A stretch of DNA of 64,000 nucleotides, from assembly GCA_951406725.2 (NCBI GenBank), contig OX597819.1, positions 5,332,001 through 5,396,000 of the forward strand, written 5' to 3'. Within the stretch, counting starts at the first letter, position 1. Each line of letters starts with the position of its first letter. The notes beneath the pieces were generated by a model. It had not been told where the DNA came from. It saw only the letters and a program-made list of their open reading frames with translations, and did not search any database. The DNA comes from Octopus vulgaris. Taxonomy: Eukaryota. This document shows positions 37,081-48,344 of the stretch, one piece after another. The translations under genes and the position numbers were made by a program.

Positions 37081-37092
37081 TGATGATGACAA
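35791..37092 (-). CDS. Penelope-like reverse transcriptase (C-terminal part) fused to GIY-YIG endonuclease
   Basis: Uninterrupted 433-aa frame with YAQDKGAAIG, SRYVDDI (catalytic motif), LPVLDI, thumb region, Cys-rich linker and NVVYNIRC...HVGETAW...RANEH...ITEA...PSLN. The N-terminus is missing, so it is probably non-functional. Confidence 0.88.
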   Translation of the reverse strand: MSSSLFNNKIYAQDKGAAIGVSIAGDVANLFKVWWDRRLKERLTQNSILVNMYSRYVDDINIVVKASPQESTVEIEIETNTMESIQQIANSIHQSIKVTIDYPTKHPNHRLPVLDIELWLKTENSKTQILHSYYAKPMAAKYLIHRNSAIADNAKFNILMADLVRIMQNVSHMCEPTELKRHIQHFIHRMQFSGYSHKERIRVYKGAIKKFDTILSNDRNGIFPLYRSKSWNTMERTKKKIGKANSWYDNHKYQSVMFINTTPRGELAYRFRRTLDKLKLRIKVVERPGNPIKSLIGRTYPFSRTPCMDRNCTVSRFSPQTNCKARNVVYNIRCIEGRCSNKTTTHVGETAWSIGERANEHWRELKEGKSSSVLYQLAEQEHGGSLNNIEVTILSTHRTDATIRQITEATRIIEDKPSLNRKLEWNTSTHHSI

Positions 37093-37270
37093 CGATGATA
37101 TATATGAACAAGAAAATTGTAGAATGCAATGAAAACTTAATTAATTTTTTATTTGTGTGTGTTTAAATTCCCCATTGTTATCAATTTTTGTGCAATAATT
37201 AAAAAAATGCCCACTCAAAATTTAAAGATGCAGCAGTTACTGATTTTCGTTTTCTTTGTTTTTCAGCATA

Positions 37271-38380
37271 ATGTTAAATTTTCATCCTGTCAACATAGAC
37301 TATCTAACCATGGAAGTCACACTGACTAGTGCCGACGGTAAGTCTGTTTGCTGCAATGCAGACATCCTTGCTCGTCACTCTGAATACATCGCAGCAATGC
37401 TGCGCAGCCATATGTCTGAGAGCAAGAGTTTGCAGGTAAAGTTTGAATACTTGTCGCTGGAACAACTCAGTTGGATACGTGATTATGTCGGACACAAGGC
37501 AAAAGATGCAGGCCCAGTACTTACCTTTGAAAATTCATCGAGTGTTCTTAGTACTTTGGATTATTTATGCATGCGTGATGCTATGCAGATGTGCGAATTG
37601 GATCTAGCTAAAAAACTTACCATTGAAAACTGTGATAAGCTCGGTAAAGCTTACGAACTTGTCCAAAAGTTCAATCTTGTAATTCTGAAAAAAGCAATAC
37701 TCCAGGTTCTCTGCCAACTTTATGTGATGAAACCTCTGTCATGGAAAGCAAAAATGCTGAAGAAGCTTCCTGCAGATTATCTTAATGAAATCTTCATGCA
37801 TGACAACTTTCCACAAGCTTCAGAAGAGAAAGACATTATGGAGCTGGTCTTTAAATGGTTGGTGTTCAATGAACCTAACATATCAGATGTAAACAAAGCA
37901 GTGGACTTGATCTTTGCTCCAGCATTGGAATTGATGCATGTCGAGCGACTCGATTGCTGCATTCAAAAGCTACCTTATGCAAAAAATGCTTCAGAAACAT
38001 TAAAGAACCGTATTAGGCAGTTTCAAAAATCTCCTCATCGGTATCTGCGTGATAAAAAGGACACTTCACCACACAAATTCCGTAAGCCTATCGATTCTGT
38101 GTTCCGCTATGGTGGAATAGGAGGATGTTGTGTGTCAACAGCCGTTAGCTATGTGGCATTAGACTGCATTGATAAGGTCATTGCCAATTCTGAACATTTA
38201 AGTATTCTTCAATGTCATGAATCCATTGAACCTACCCCAGTACCTCTCATTGAGTGTGGAACTTGTACCTTGGACAATATTGTCTATGTTGCTGGTGGAC
38301 AGTCCAGATATACAATAACTGGTAAATTTGCCAAGAAAACTGTGTATCGATACATTCCATACAGAAGAAAATGGCAGCAG
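37271..38380 (+). CDS. Kelch-like (BTB-BACK-Kelch) protein, first recognisable coding exon
   Basis: Acceptor TTTCAG| at 37266, ATGs at 37271 and 37310 (ACCATGG). BTB (VTL..DG...ILARHSEYIAAMLRSHMSES), BACK (LTIENC...EEKDIMELVFKWL), kelch motifs (RYGG; VYVAGG...VYRY.P..RKW). Donor CAG|GTAAGA, phase 0. Confidence 0.92.
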
Positions 38381-38467
38381 GTAAGAAATATTCTAATTTT
38401 CTTCATAGTTGCTTTATATGTTTTGTTTATTTTATTGTTTTGTATGATTTTTCCCTCTAAATATGTA

Positions 38468-38680
38468 CAAGTGGGTGCTGGAAAGTTCCTTGTATTGGAT
38501 AAAAGAAAATGCAGGAAGATTAATTATGATTTTATTCAACATATTCCCCTCTCAGATTCACACACTTATTGCAGTGGTCCTTCAGTTTTTCTAAGACCTG
38601 TAAAAGAACTTGGAAGTTTGGGCCTCTAATCAGGCTTTTCATGATACACTTAAAGCCAGAAACTTTTCAGCACCCCTTTG
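38468..38680. mobile_element. Tc1/mariner-type MITE
   Basis: TA|CAAGTGGGTGCTGGAAAGTTCC ... AACTTTTCAGCACCCCTTTG|TA. Confidence 0.75.
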
Positions 38681-40152
38681 TACATATAATTGTACAATCT
38701 CTCACTGTGGAGGGAATCTATGGAAAAGGTAGACTCAAGAAGACACTGGGTGAGGTGGTGAAGCATGATCTTTGAATTTTGAGTCTCATGGAGGCAATGA
38801 CAAGTGATTGAGATCTTTGGTGAGTTGCTGTGCTTGAGAAGACATGTCAAGCCAAAGGAAATCATAGTCATGGCCAGAGCTGGTGACATGTAAAAAGCAC
38901 CTGTGTTGCTAACATGTAAAAGATACCCATGACACTCTTGGAGTGGTTGGTGTTAAGAAGGGCATCAAACTGTAGAAACCAAGCCAAACCAGACTCGAAT
39001 TTGGTACAACTCTTTAGCTTACTAGTTCCAATCAAACCATCTAACCCATGTCAGCATGGAAAATGGACACTAAATGAAGATAATGAATTGTATGTATTTG
39101 AATATTTTTAGTGCAGCAACTATTTTTAACGATAGATAACTTTTCTACTGTTAGAGCCTTCAACTATAAATAATTGAACCTGTTTGTTATTCAGGCATAT
39201 TGTAGCATGCAGAGTAATGTGTTTCTTAGAAGATACACAGGTGTACTTAGAATGTGGCGTGATGTAGATGGCATAAATGATAACACCCTGTGTAACCCAA
39301 ATTCTAAATATGTAGTCAGTAATTTAATTACTTAGTAGTCAGGTAAAAGAAAGTTGTTTCTCTTACATTGCTAACCCTAACTGAAGCAGAGAGGAGGTGA
39401 AAATACACTGGATGGACTAGTTTCCAAATAGTATCAGTGAATATTTATGTAGACAAAGATATTGTTTATGAAAATACTGCAGTGGATACATTAGAGTATT
39501 TTGTGCTTTTGTGATCAAATTCATATTGAAATACATTGTATCTGAATTTGGAAAATAATCAAAAGTTTAGAGGGATTTAGTAAAATAACTTCCTCGTTAT
39601 TAAAAGCTGGTGTTTTGAATTTATTTTTACAAAAGCTTCTATTTAAAATTATGATGAAAAGTTTTGATTTAAATATAGACACTTTAAAACAAGCATTTTG
39701 CATCAGAATCAAAGGGTACACTACAAAACTCAGGTTCCTATCAAAATGGTTATTTGAAATTCCTCCGTCCGTCTGTCTGTCCGTCCATCCATATATACAA
39801 GACAGTCTGTGAAATAGTGGAAGACTTGAAAAAAGAAAACTGCTATGCTGGAAGCATGAGTTACTCATTGGTCCTTAAGTGAGCAGGTTGTATTGGAATC
39901 TATTAATCTTAATATCTAGTACAGGTGAAACTTTATAGATAAGAAATTAGAGGAATTTTAACTTAATGGATTAAGTTATAGATGAAATGGAGAATGATGG
40001 GAAGATAGCTGAGTTAGTTAACCATTTTGGTACTAACCTGCCTAAGGTTGCCCTTGGTTCTCTGATGTGAGCTTTTTGTTTTAAAGTGGTCTAAATTAAA
40101 ACTTTCCATCAAAATTTTATGCTAATTTATGTTCCAAACACCAGCTTGATAA

Positions 40153-40419
40153 TAGAGAGGGAAAAAGAGATAAAAACTATTCTGACAAAAGCTGTTGCCA
40201 TTTCTTTAAACTTCTCTGAACTCAAACCACTACACCAAAACTGGCTCTGCATACATCAATAATTGAGTGGCTGTGTGGTAAGTAGCTTGCTAACCAACCA
40301 CATGGTTCCAGGTTCAGTCCCACTGCGTAGCATCTTGGGCAAGTGTCTTCTGCTATGGCCCCAGGCCGACCAATGCCTTGTGAGTGGATTTGGTAGACGG
40401 AAACTGAAAGAAGCCTGTC

Positions 40420-40479
<60 letters not shown>

Positions 40480-41512
40480 TTGTGTGTCTGTGTTTGTCCC
40501 CCTAGCATTGCTTGACAACCGATGCTGGTGTGTTTATGTCCCCGTCATTTAGCGGTTTGGCAAAAGAGACCGATAGAATAAGTACTGGGCTTACAAAAGA
40601 ATAAGTCCTGGGGTCGATTTGCTCGACTAAAGGCGGTGCTCCAGCATGGCCGCAGTCAAATGACTGAAACAAGTAAAAGAGTAACTCTCGCAAGAAGGCT
40701 GAGCAGTCTATGATGTTAGGCTCATTATTTCTCATATGAATTTTTCGCAAAGAGGTCTGCTGTATTAATATGTAGGTTCCTGAAGGTCTTCAGGGTGGTG
40801 GTTTCGTGGATAGCACCACCTTAACATAGTCTGTTGGTTATTAGTTTGACAAAAGTTGTTCTCATGTTGGGTTGACTCCATGGTTGTTGGTTGGTTGAAG
40901 ATGACGATGATGGTGACAGTGTGCCGCAGACAGACGTTGCCAACAGTGTTTGTGTGGTGATATATAATAACAACTCGCTTTAAGATTATAGGGTTTTATT
41001 GTAGCGGTGGGTTACACATGAATTGCCTTGCAGAGTGTTCCGTACAGAGATGTGTAGTGTTTAATAGAGATGTCTCTGGTGTGTTAGGAGTAAATGAATG
41101 AATGTGTGAAGACATTAGATGTGCTTTGTATCTATAGAAGAAGACTCGATAGAAGTGCTTCAAGAAAGTAGGAGAGACGACGGCATTGAGTTTGGTCTAC
41201 ACTGCTTGCGCACATGGAAGAAGAATGGTTCTTGTGTGAGAGAGGCCAGCGTTAACGTGATAGAACAAAACTGCATGGCGGAAGTCCTTTCGAAAAGCAA
41301 GACAAGGAACTCAAAGGAACTCAATTGAATCACGGCAGCTGACACATTTTATAAGTGACAATCGGACATAACAGACAACCTCTGTTCGAGGGAGCTAGTT
41401 AATTCAGCCAATCACAGACTGGATAAAGCTGTAAACAGACAATGTTGCTTGAACCTACTCTGAGATCCCAAAATGCATGTAATATAACTAAAGCTAATAC
41501 AAACATGCTACA
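40153..41512 (-). mobile_element. LTR-like element interrupted by a SINE
   Basis: The minus strand starts TGTAGCA and then has ATTGG, TATAAAA and AATAAA in LTR order. Its distal part has an opposite-orientation homologue at 42481-42690. Confidence 0.5.
40265..40682 (+). mobile_element. SINE family B
   Basis: Near-full-length copy. Confidence 0.9.
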
Positions 41513-41608
41513 GATTATTACTTCAGTGCATCAAATATTGCCTGTCAAATATTTATATTCCAAACACCAGCTTGATAAAGTCAAAGTTATTTTGATAACT
41601 TCTTCAAT

Positions 41609-41961
41609 AGGCGCAGGAGTAGCTGTGTGGTAAGTAGCTTGCAATTGTCTTCTGCTATAGCCCCGGGCCGACCAATACCTTGTGAGTGGATTTGGTAGAT
41701 GGAAACTGAAAGAAGCCTGTCGTATATATGTATATATATATATGTATGTGTGTGTGTGTTTGTGTGTCCGTGTTTGTCCCCCTAGCATTGCTTGACAATC
41801 GATGCTGGTGTGTTTACGTCCCCGTCACTTAGCGTTTCGGCAAAAGAGACTGATAGAATAAGTACTGGGCTTACAAAGAATAAGTCTCGGGGTCGATTTG
41901 CTCGACTAAAAAGGCGGTGCTCCAGCATGGCCGCAGTCAAATGACTGAAACAAGTAAAAGA
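41609..41961 (+). mobile_element. SINE family B with deletion in the tRNA head
   Basis: The head jumps from GTAGCTTG to TGTCTTCTGC. The remainder is intact. Confidence 0.88.
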
Positions 41962-43158
41962 ATATTTTCAAATTTAATAGAAACAGAGGCAATGTATTAC
42001 AACCGAAATATGGTAACGAAAGGGTTTTTACACAATTTTAAGGCTAGATTATGGGATCACAGGTGTTATTTTTCTTGTAAGACAGCTAGGTGCATGACAA
42101 GTACTCAGTAAAGAAAATTTCTTTCATTTGCATTTGATGATGAAAGCCACTGAAGAATTTAATGAAGATGTAGATGTTCACCAATTCTGTTCTCTTCTCT
42201 TTTTTCTTCATACATAATTCATTTTTCATTCCAAATTTATTCAGAATATGGAAAAAATAATGGGAATGGGCTTTTTACGTCTTGAAAATGTACACAAAAC
42301 TGAAAATACTATATAGTCTTCAATGTTCAAAACCCAATAGTTGCACAAGTAACTGTTCTTACTTTTCAAGAGAGCAACAAAGCATGTCGGCTATACTTTA
42401 TTATATACATCGACAATGAATATATGAAACTGCAGGCTTATAGCAAAGCAGGAGTTGACAGGCACTAGGTACACTGGAGTAATAATCCATATGAGAAATA
42501 ATGAGCCCAACATTGTAGACTGCTTGACCTCTTTACTATAGTTAGTAGCTATATTTTATTATATTGCTATTGTAATTATTGATGTGTGTAGAGCTAGCTT
42601 TGGTGTAGTGGTTTGAGTTCAGAGAAGTTTAAAAGAATGGCAACAGCTTTTGTCAGAATAGTTTTTCTCTCTTTCCCACCTCTATCGAATACAATATAAA
42701 AGGTTTTGGGAGATTGGTCATCAAAGGCATTGCTTGAATGTTTTACTGGAGCAACCAATGTATCTTCGTGCTCAGATATTGGTGGTGCTGTGTCTGTTGG
42801 TGTTGGCGTTGCTGCTACCACTGTTGCTGGTAGTAGCACTGTTGGTGCCACTGGTGGTGGCAATGGTGTTGGTGCCATTACTACTGGTGTTGGTAATCGT
42901 GCTGTTGTTGTTATGGTCATGGTCATAGCATAGTAGACATTGGTTAGTGCAGTGCAGTTACCTAGGAGGTTCTGAATTCAATAGCAATATAATAAAGGTA
43001 CTTCACATAATTCAACTGAAGAAAAAAATGTCATGAAACACACAGAGTGGAATGAGAACATTGTACCTTTGTAGAACCTATTAAAATCAGTTTACCTGAA
43101 ATTTGTAACAAAAACAAAACAAAACAAAAAACTGTTAAAATAGTATTTCATATATATA

Positions 43159-43556
43159 CTAGCAGTATCGCCTGGCGTTGCTCGGGTTTGTAAGGGAAAT
43201 AACTATATAAGCATTTTTAGAGAGTTATAGCCAAAAAATAGAAAAAAAATGCATTAAAAATGGGAAAAAAATGATGGTAAATTTTTTTTTAAATCGTTGA
43301 CTCATCGTAGACATTTTTAGAGAGTTACTTCCCTTATATAATAGCGAAAAAATGCATTAAAATGGAAAAAAATGATGGTAAATTATTTTTTAAATTGTAG
43401 TCTCATCGTAGACGCGCGCTAATACCCAGAAGGGCTCGATATGAATCACGACTATAAGATACCCGGTTTTGGTTAAACTGCACCGCAAAATGTGGGAGTA
43501 GTTAGGAATCTAAATCGCAGGAGACAGACACACAACTTGACTTTTATATAAAAAGA
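43159..43556 (-). mobile_element. Helitron H1
   Basis: Reverse complement of 491-995 with two internal repeat units. Confidence 0.85.
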
Positions 43557-43971
43557 TGATTAAAAAAATAAAATCCAAAATGAAAAAGGAATTAAAATAT
43601 TAATGGAATTAAATAATTGAGATTTAATAGATTTAGTTATTGAAGTAGCATTAGAACATAATAAATTTACAATAACAAATAAAATGAAGTTTAAAAGGTT
43701 TTAAAATTCACAGTAAAAAACAATTTGAGTAAAAAAGAAAGAAAATAAGATTTAATGAAGTCCAATAAAGATTAGTACTTAAATACTAATTAGGGAAACG
43801 GGTGAATAGTCAAAATGGAAGATGAAAATATCTTCATTAAAAAAATTTGATATATTATTGGAATTTTACTGAAAGACCTATTATACTTGTATAGGTCTTT
43901 AGGTAATAACTCATTACATTTGTTTATTGGACGATTTTAATGCCTCAAAGTTTATAATACTTTTTTTGGAT

Positions 43972-44352
43972 TGGAAGCACTCCGTCGGTGACGATGATGA
44001 GGGTTCCAGTTGATCCGATCAACGGAACAGCCTGCTCATGAAATTAACGTGTAAGTGGCTGAGCACTCCACAGACACGTGTACCCTTAATGTAGTTCTCG
44101 GGGATATTCAGCGTGACACAGAGAGTGACAAGGCCGGCCCTTTGAAATACAGGTACAACAGAAACAGGAAGTAAGAGTGAGAGAAAGTTGTGGTGAAAGA
44201 GTACAGCAGGGATCACCACCATCCCTGCTGGAGCCTCATGGAGCTTTAGGTGTTTTCGCTCAATAAACACTCACAACGCCCGGTCTGGGAATCGAAACCG
44301 CGATCCTATGACTGCAAGTCCACTGCCCTAACCACTGAGCCATTGCGCCTCC
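43972..44352 (-). mobile_element. SINE family C with TSD
   Basis: Flanking direct repeat TTTATAATACTTT. Confidence 0.9.
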
Positions 44353-44610
44353 TTTATAATACTTTAGTTGAACATAGACAGCATTTGCCTCTACCATCCT
44401 TTACAGAAATGCTGTTTCTAATTATGGACCAAGATATTTTTTAGTCTGTTTTATTTTTCTTTCTGAAATCTCATATCAATTCAACCACTGATGATATATG
44501 CTGTTCTAGGGAATCTTAAATTAACAGACATGTTTATATAATAATCTATGTTTAAACACAGAGGCTGTGGCCCCTCTACAATGAAAGTGGAAATCAAGTG
44601 CCTATCTATA

Positions 44611-47052
44611 TCTTTATATATATAAAACTGAGAATGTGTGTCTGTCTGTCTGTCTGTGTGTTTCCCAAAAACTTGAGAACTACACAACCAATTTCATTCA
44701 AATTTTACACATGTCCGGGGAGTGTCATTTTGAACTTTTTGCCTAGGGCGAGCCCACAGCAGTATCATATCTTCTCCACTACGATTCCCTAAAACTAGAG
44801 AACTACACTACCAATTCCATTAAAATTTTACACATGCCTTACTTAGGGTCCATGTAGTTTCATGGGCAAAAAAAATGTTCAACTTCTTGCCTAGAGCGAG
44901 CCCATAGCAATATCATATCTTCTCCACTATTTCAGTATTACGTGTTAAAAGTGAAACAAAAACGTTTCTCTATTTTATGTCAGATACTTTCACTTTAACA
45001 ATAAAAATAATAATAACAATTGAATTATATGTAGTAAGTAATAATTAAAATCAAACTAAAGTATATCAAACTAAGTAACATAACAAAAGTAAAAATAGCA
45101 ATTGGTATAAAATTGCATCAATGATTTGAATTTGAATAAGTGGTTTGACGTGAATGGGAATAAATTAAAAATAAAATTAGCATGCAGAAATGGAATAGTC
45201 CAGATGGATAATAAAAAATTAGATTAAAGGACTATTGTCTATAAAGTATACAATGTAGAGAAAAAAGAAGATTTGAACACATGGAGGAAAGCACCTTCGA
45301 AAAGTGTCTTGGTGCGACTATGAAAGGTATCTAATATACACATACTAGCAATATCGCCCGGCGTTGCTCGGGTTTGTTTCGACCCGCTGGAATTGTAATT
45401 TTGAAAAGTAAAAATTTTGTGAACATTTTTCTGGTCGAAATACACCGAAAAGTGGCGACACAGCAGTGAAAAAATCGTAAAAAATAGGGATTTTCATAAA
45501 AAAAAGCATCTTTTTGATGTAAATAATTTTTGGTGTTAACATGGTCCGATTTGAATTTTATGTTCTACGGAAGGAAGAGCAACCCTTCTTCTACCATACT
45601 CTCAATTTTGGTCAACTTGCGCCGCAGGGTCTCGGAGGAGATAGTGTTAGTTGAAGGTTACCATTCTAGGTGCCTGAGTAACAACCTCGCGGATTTACAG
45701 ATAAATGAATTAATTACTATTTTACAGAATAAAATTAAATAATTCTTGAAAATTAATTAATATTAATATTTTTTGAACAAAGTAAATAATTTTTAAAACT
45801 TAAATAATAATTTTTTTTACACAAACGCGAACGGGGAAAAGGGGGTGGCGAATTCGATTTACATACCTAAATTTTTTTCTTTTTCATGACATTGTAGCAA
45901 AATAGTAGTGAATTATATAAATACCAGCAGTACATTTTTTTTTCTGGGGTATTTTTTTTCAACCTCGTCACATATTTGCCCCTTTCAATTTAAACAAAGT
46001 CTTAATTAAGCAATTACGGCAGCTTAGCAATGGTTTCAATACAGGCGTGACATGTGTATCTCAATTGTTCAAAACCCTTCGAATTTTTTCGCACGTGATG
46101 ATATCATAGTGAAAACTTTCAATTACGCGCGCTTAGAAGTACGCTCGCAAATTAATACTACCAAAATTTTGAAGTTCGCGCTCCGCTTGTGTGTGTGTGT
46201 GTGCGTGCTTTAGGTGTACGTAGGTATGTGTTTTTGTGTGTGTGTGTCACTGAAGCCATACATACATATATACATACATAACCTCTCTCTCTCTTTTCTC
46301 TCTCAGTCACTCACTACAAAAAGTGAATAAAAAAAGTTCAGTTATTTCTGTCTTTCACTCTGTCTGTCTCTTTACACACACTAACAAAAGCACTTCACTT
46401 ACACACCACACTTTCTGTGTCGCACAACCCATCAAACACACACACACACACACTCACGCACGCACACATGTACATCAATGCTTTCGGAGTGAAATGTTAA
46501 AATATTGAGTTTTCTCGAATTTTGTCTTAATTGGGGGTGAAATTGAAAGAAATATATTATGGCATGACCGAATGGAGTACTTTGAAAAATCTTAGGTAAA
46601 CTCTAATTGAAGAAATTGTGTGAGGAGTAAATCGTTATGTATTTATTTGTTTCTGTTTGCTGTGTTTTTTTATTTTTTGAGTAGTGGTTTAAATACTTTC
46701 AGTTTAGTCTTCCTCAAATCACTCTGTCGCTATTTACTTTCATTTTATTCGTTGCACACTGTGTGTGCGTGTGCGTGTGGTGTAAACCACATTAAGAAAA
46801 GCATTTGACATACACACCAGAATGTGAGTTTTCTGTAAATTTTGCTTAATTGGAGTTTAAATTTTAAAAACTGGACCTGGCATGACGCGATGCATTCTAC
46901 TCTTAAAAATGCTAGGTAAATTGTAATTGAAGAAATCCTATATTGTAGATTTCTATAAGTTACAAAGGGAGGCAGATAAAATCTGCCTTTTATAATAAGA
47001 GATATACATGCACTAGCACTATGACCCGGCAATAACGGGTCTTTAATGCTAG
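44611..47052 (+). mobile_element. Non-autonomous Helitron (family H2), split by a nested Helitron
   Basis: A|TC start at 44611. 3' hairpin GACCCGGCAATAACGGGTC and CTAG|T at 47052. Confidence 0.75.
45345..47002 (-). mobile_element. 1.66-kb non-autonomous Helitron nested in H2
   Basis: The minus strand starts TCTCTTATTATAAAAGGCAG and ends CCCGAGCAACGCCGGGCGATATTGCTAG. The flanks rejoin as ...CATA|TATAC.... Confidence 0.8.
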
Positions 47053-47851
47053 TATATATATATAAAGCAGAGAATATGTGTGTGTGTGTGTGTGCATCAC
47101 TAAAACTTGAGAACTACCCAATGGATTTCATTCAAACTTAACGTATACCTTACTTAGGGACCATGCAGTCTCAAGAGCCAAAAAAATTTTCAACTTCTTG
47201 CCTACTGCGAGCCCGGAGCAATCTCTTTTCTCTTACATTTTCCGTATTATGTATCAAAAGTGAAACAATAACATCTCTATTAATACTGTCACTATTATAT
47301 GGTTTCAGTTACTTTCATTATGTGTCTATACATATTAGTTTCATTTCTATTACTTTCAGTATGTATATTTGTACATGTTTGTATATCTGTCTGTCTGTCT
47401 GCCTGTCTACGTGTGTATATATATATATATATATATGTATGTGTTTGTATATATATCATCGTCGTTTAACATCCGCTTTCCATGCTGGCATGGGTTTGAC
47501 GGTTTGACTGAGGACTGGTGAGCCAGAAGGCTGCACCAGGCTCAATCTGAACTGGCAATGTTTCTACAGCTCGATGCCCTTCCTAATGCCAACCATTCTG
47601 AGAGTGTAGTGGGTGCTTTTATGTGCCACTGGCTTGAGGGCCATTCCGGTGGTTCTGGCAACGACTACACTCAGAAGGTGTTTTTTACGTGCTACCTGCA
47701 CTGGAGCCAGTCCAGCGGCACTGACAACAACCACATTCGAATGTTGTTTTTCACATGTCACTGGCACATGTGCCGGTAAGGTGACGCTGGCAATGATCAT
47801 GCTTGAATGGTGCTTTTTACATGTCACTGGCATGGGAGACAATGCGTGGCC

Positions 47852-47888
<37 letters not shown>

Positions 47889-47899
47889 TATATATATAT

Positions 47900-48073
47900 G
47901 CACCACTACACTCACGGAGTGGTTGGCGTTAGGAAGGGTACCCAGCTGTAGAAACACTGCCAGATAAGACTGGAGCCTGGTGCAGCCTTCTGGCTTCCCA
48001 GATCCCCGGTCGAACCGTCCAACCCGTGCTAGCATGGACAACGGACGTTAAACGATGATGATGATGATGATGA
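47900..48073 (+). mobile_element. RTE 3' UTR fragment, inverted relative to 48345-48518
   Basis: Near-identical reverse complement including the (GAT)n tail. Confidence 0.9.
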
Positions 48074-48344
48074 TATATTATATAAAATCCATTCCGTCTG
48101 TCTGTGTGTGTCTCTTCTAGGATCTCAGGCATCTTCCATCTGATTGCACTCAAATTTGATATGTAGAAACCGACAGTATAAGGGCGTGTATAAGTCGTGA
48201 AAAAATTACAAAAATCGATTCCAGGTGAGAATGCGATCGTGGGAACGTGCATTTGTACACGTAAGTGCATCAGTCGAAATCCATCTTTTGCTGGCGTATA
48301 TCTCTATAACTCACACAATATACAAAAAAGGGTGAAATATAATT

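Noticed and set aside
38381-38629. C-terminal extension of the 457-aa ORF, including a hydrophobic TM-like stretch
   Set aside because: It lies after the GTAAGA donor at 38381. It is intron read-through into T-rich DNA and a mariner MITE, and the kelch repeat continues in phase at 54376.
42594-42933. Pro/Thr-rich or Gly/Val-rich ORFs
   Set aside because: Degenerate (GGT/GTT/GCT) trinucleotide low-complexity tract plus a repeat fragment, with no convincing splice context.
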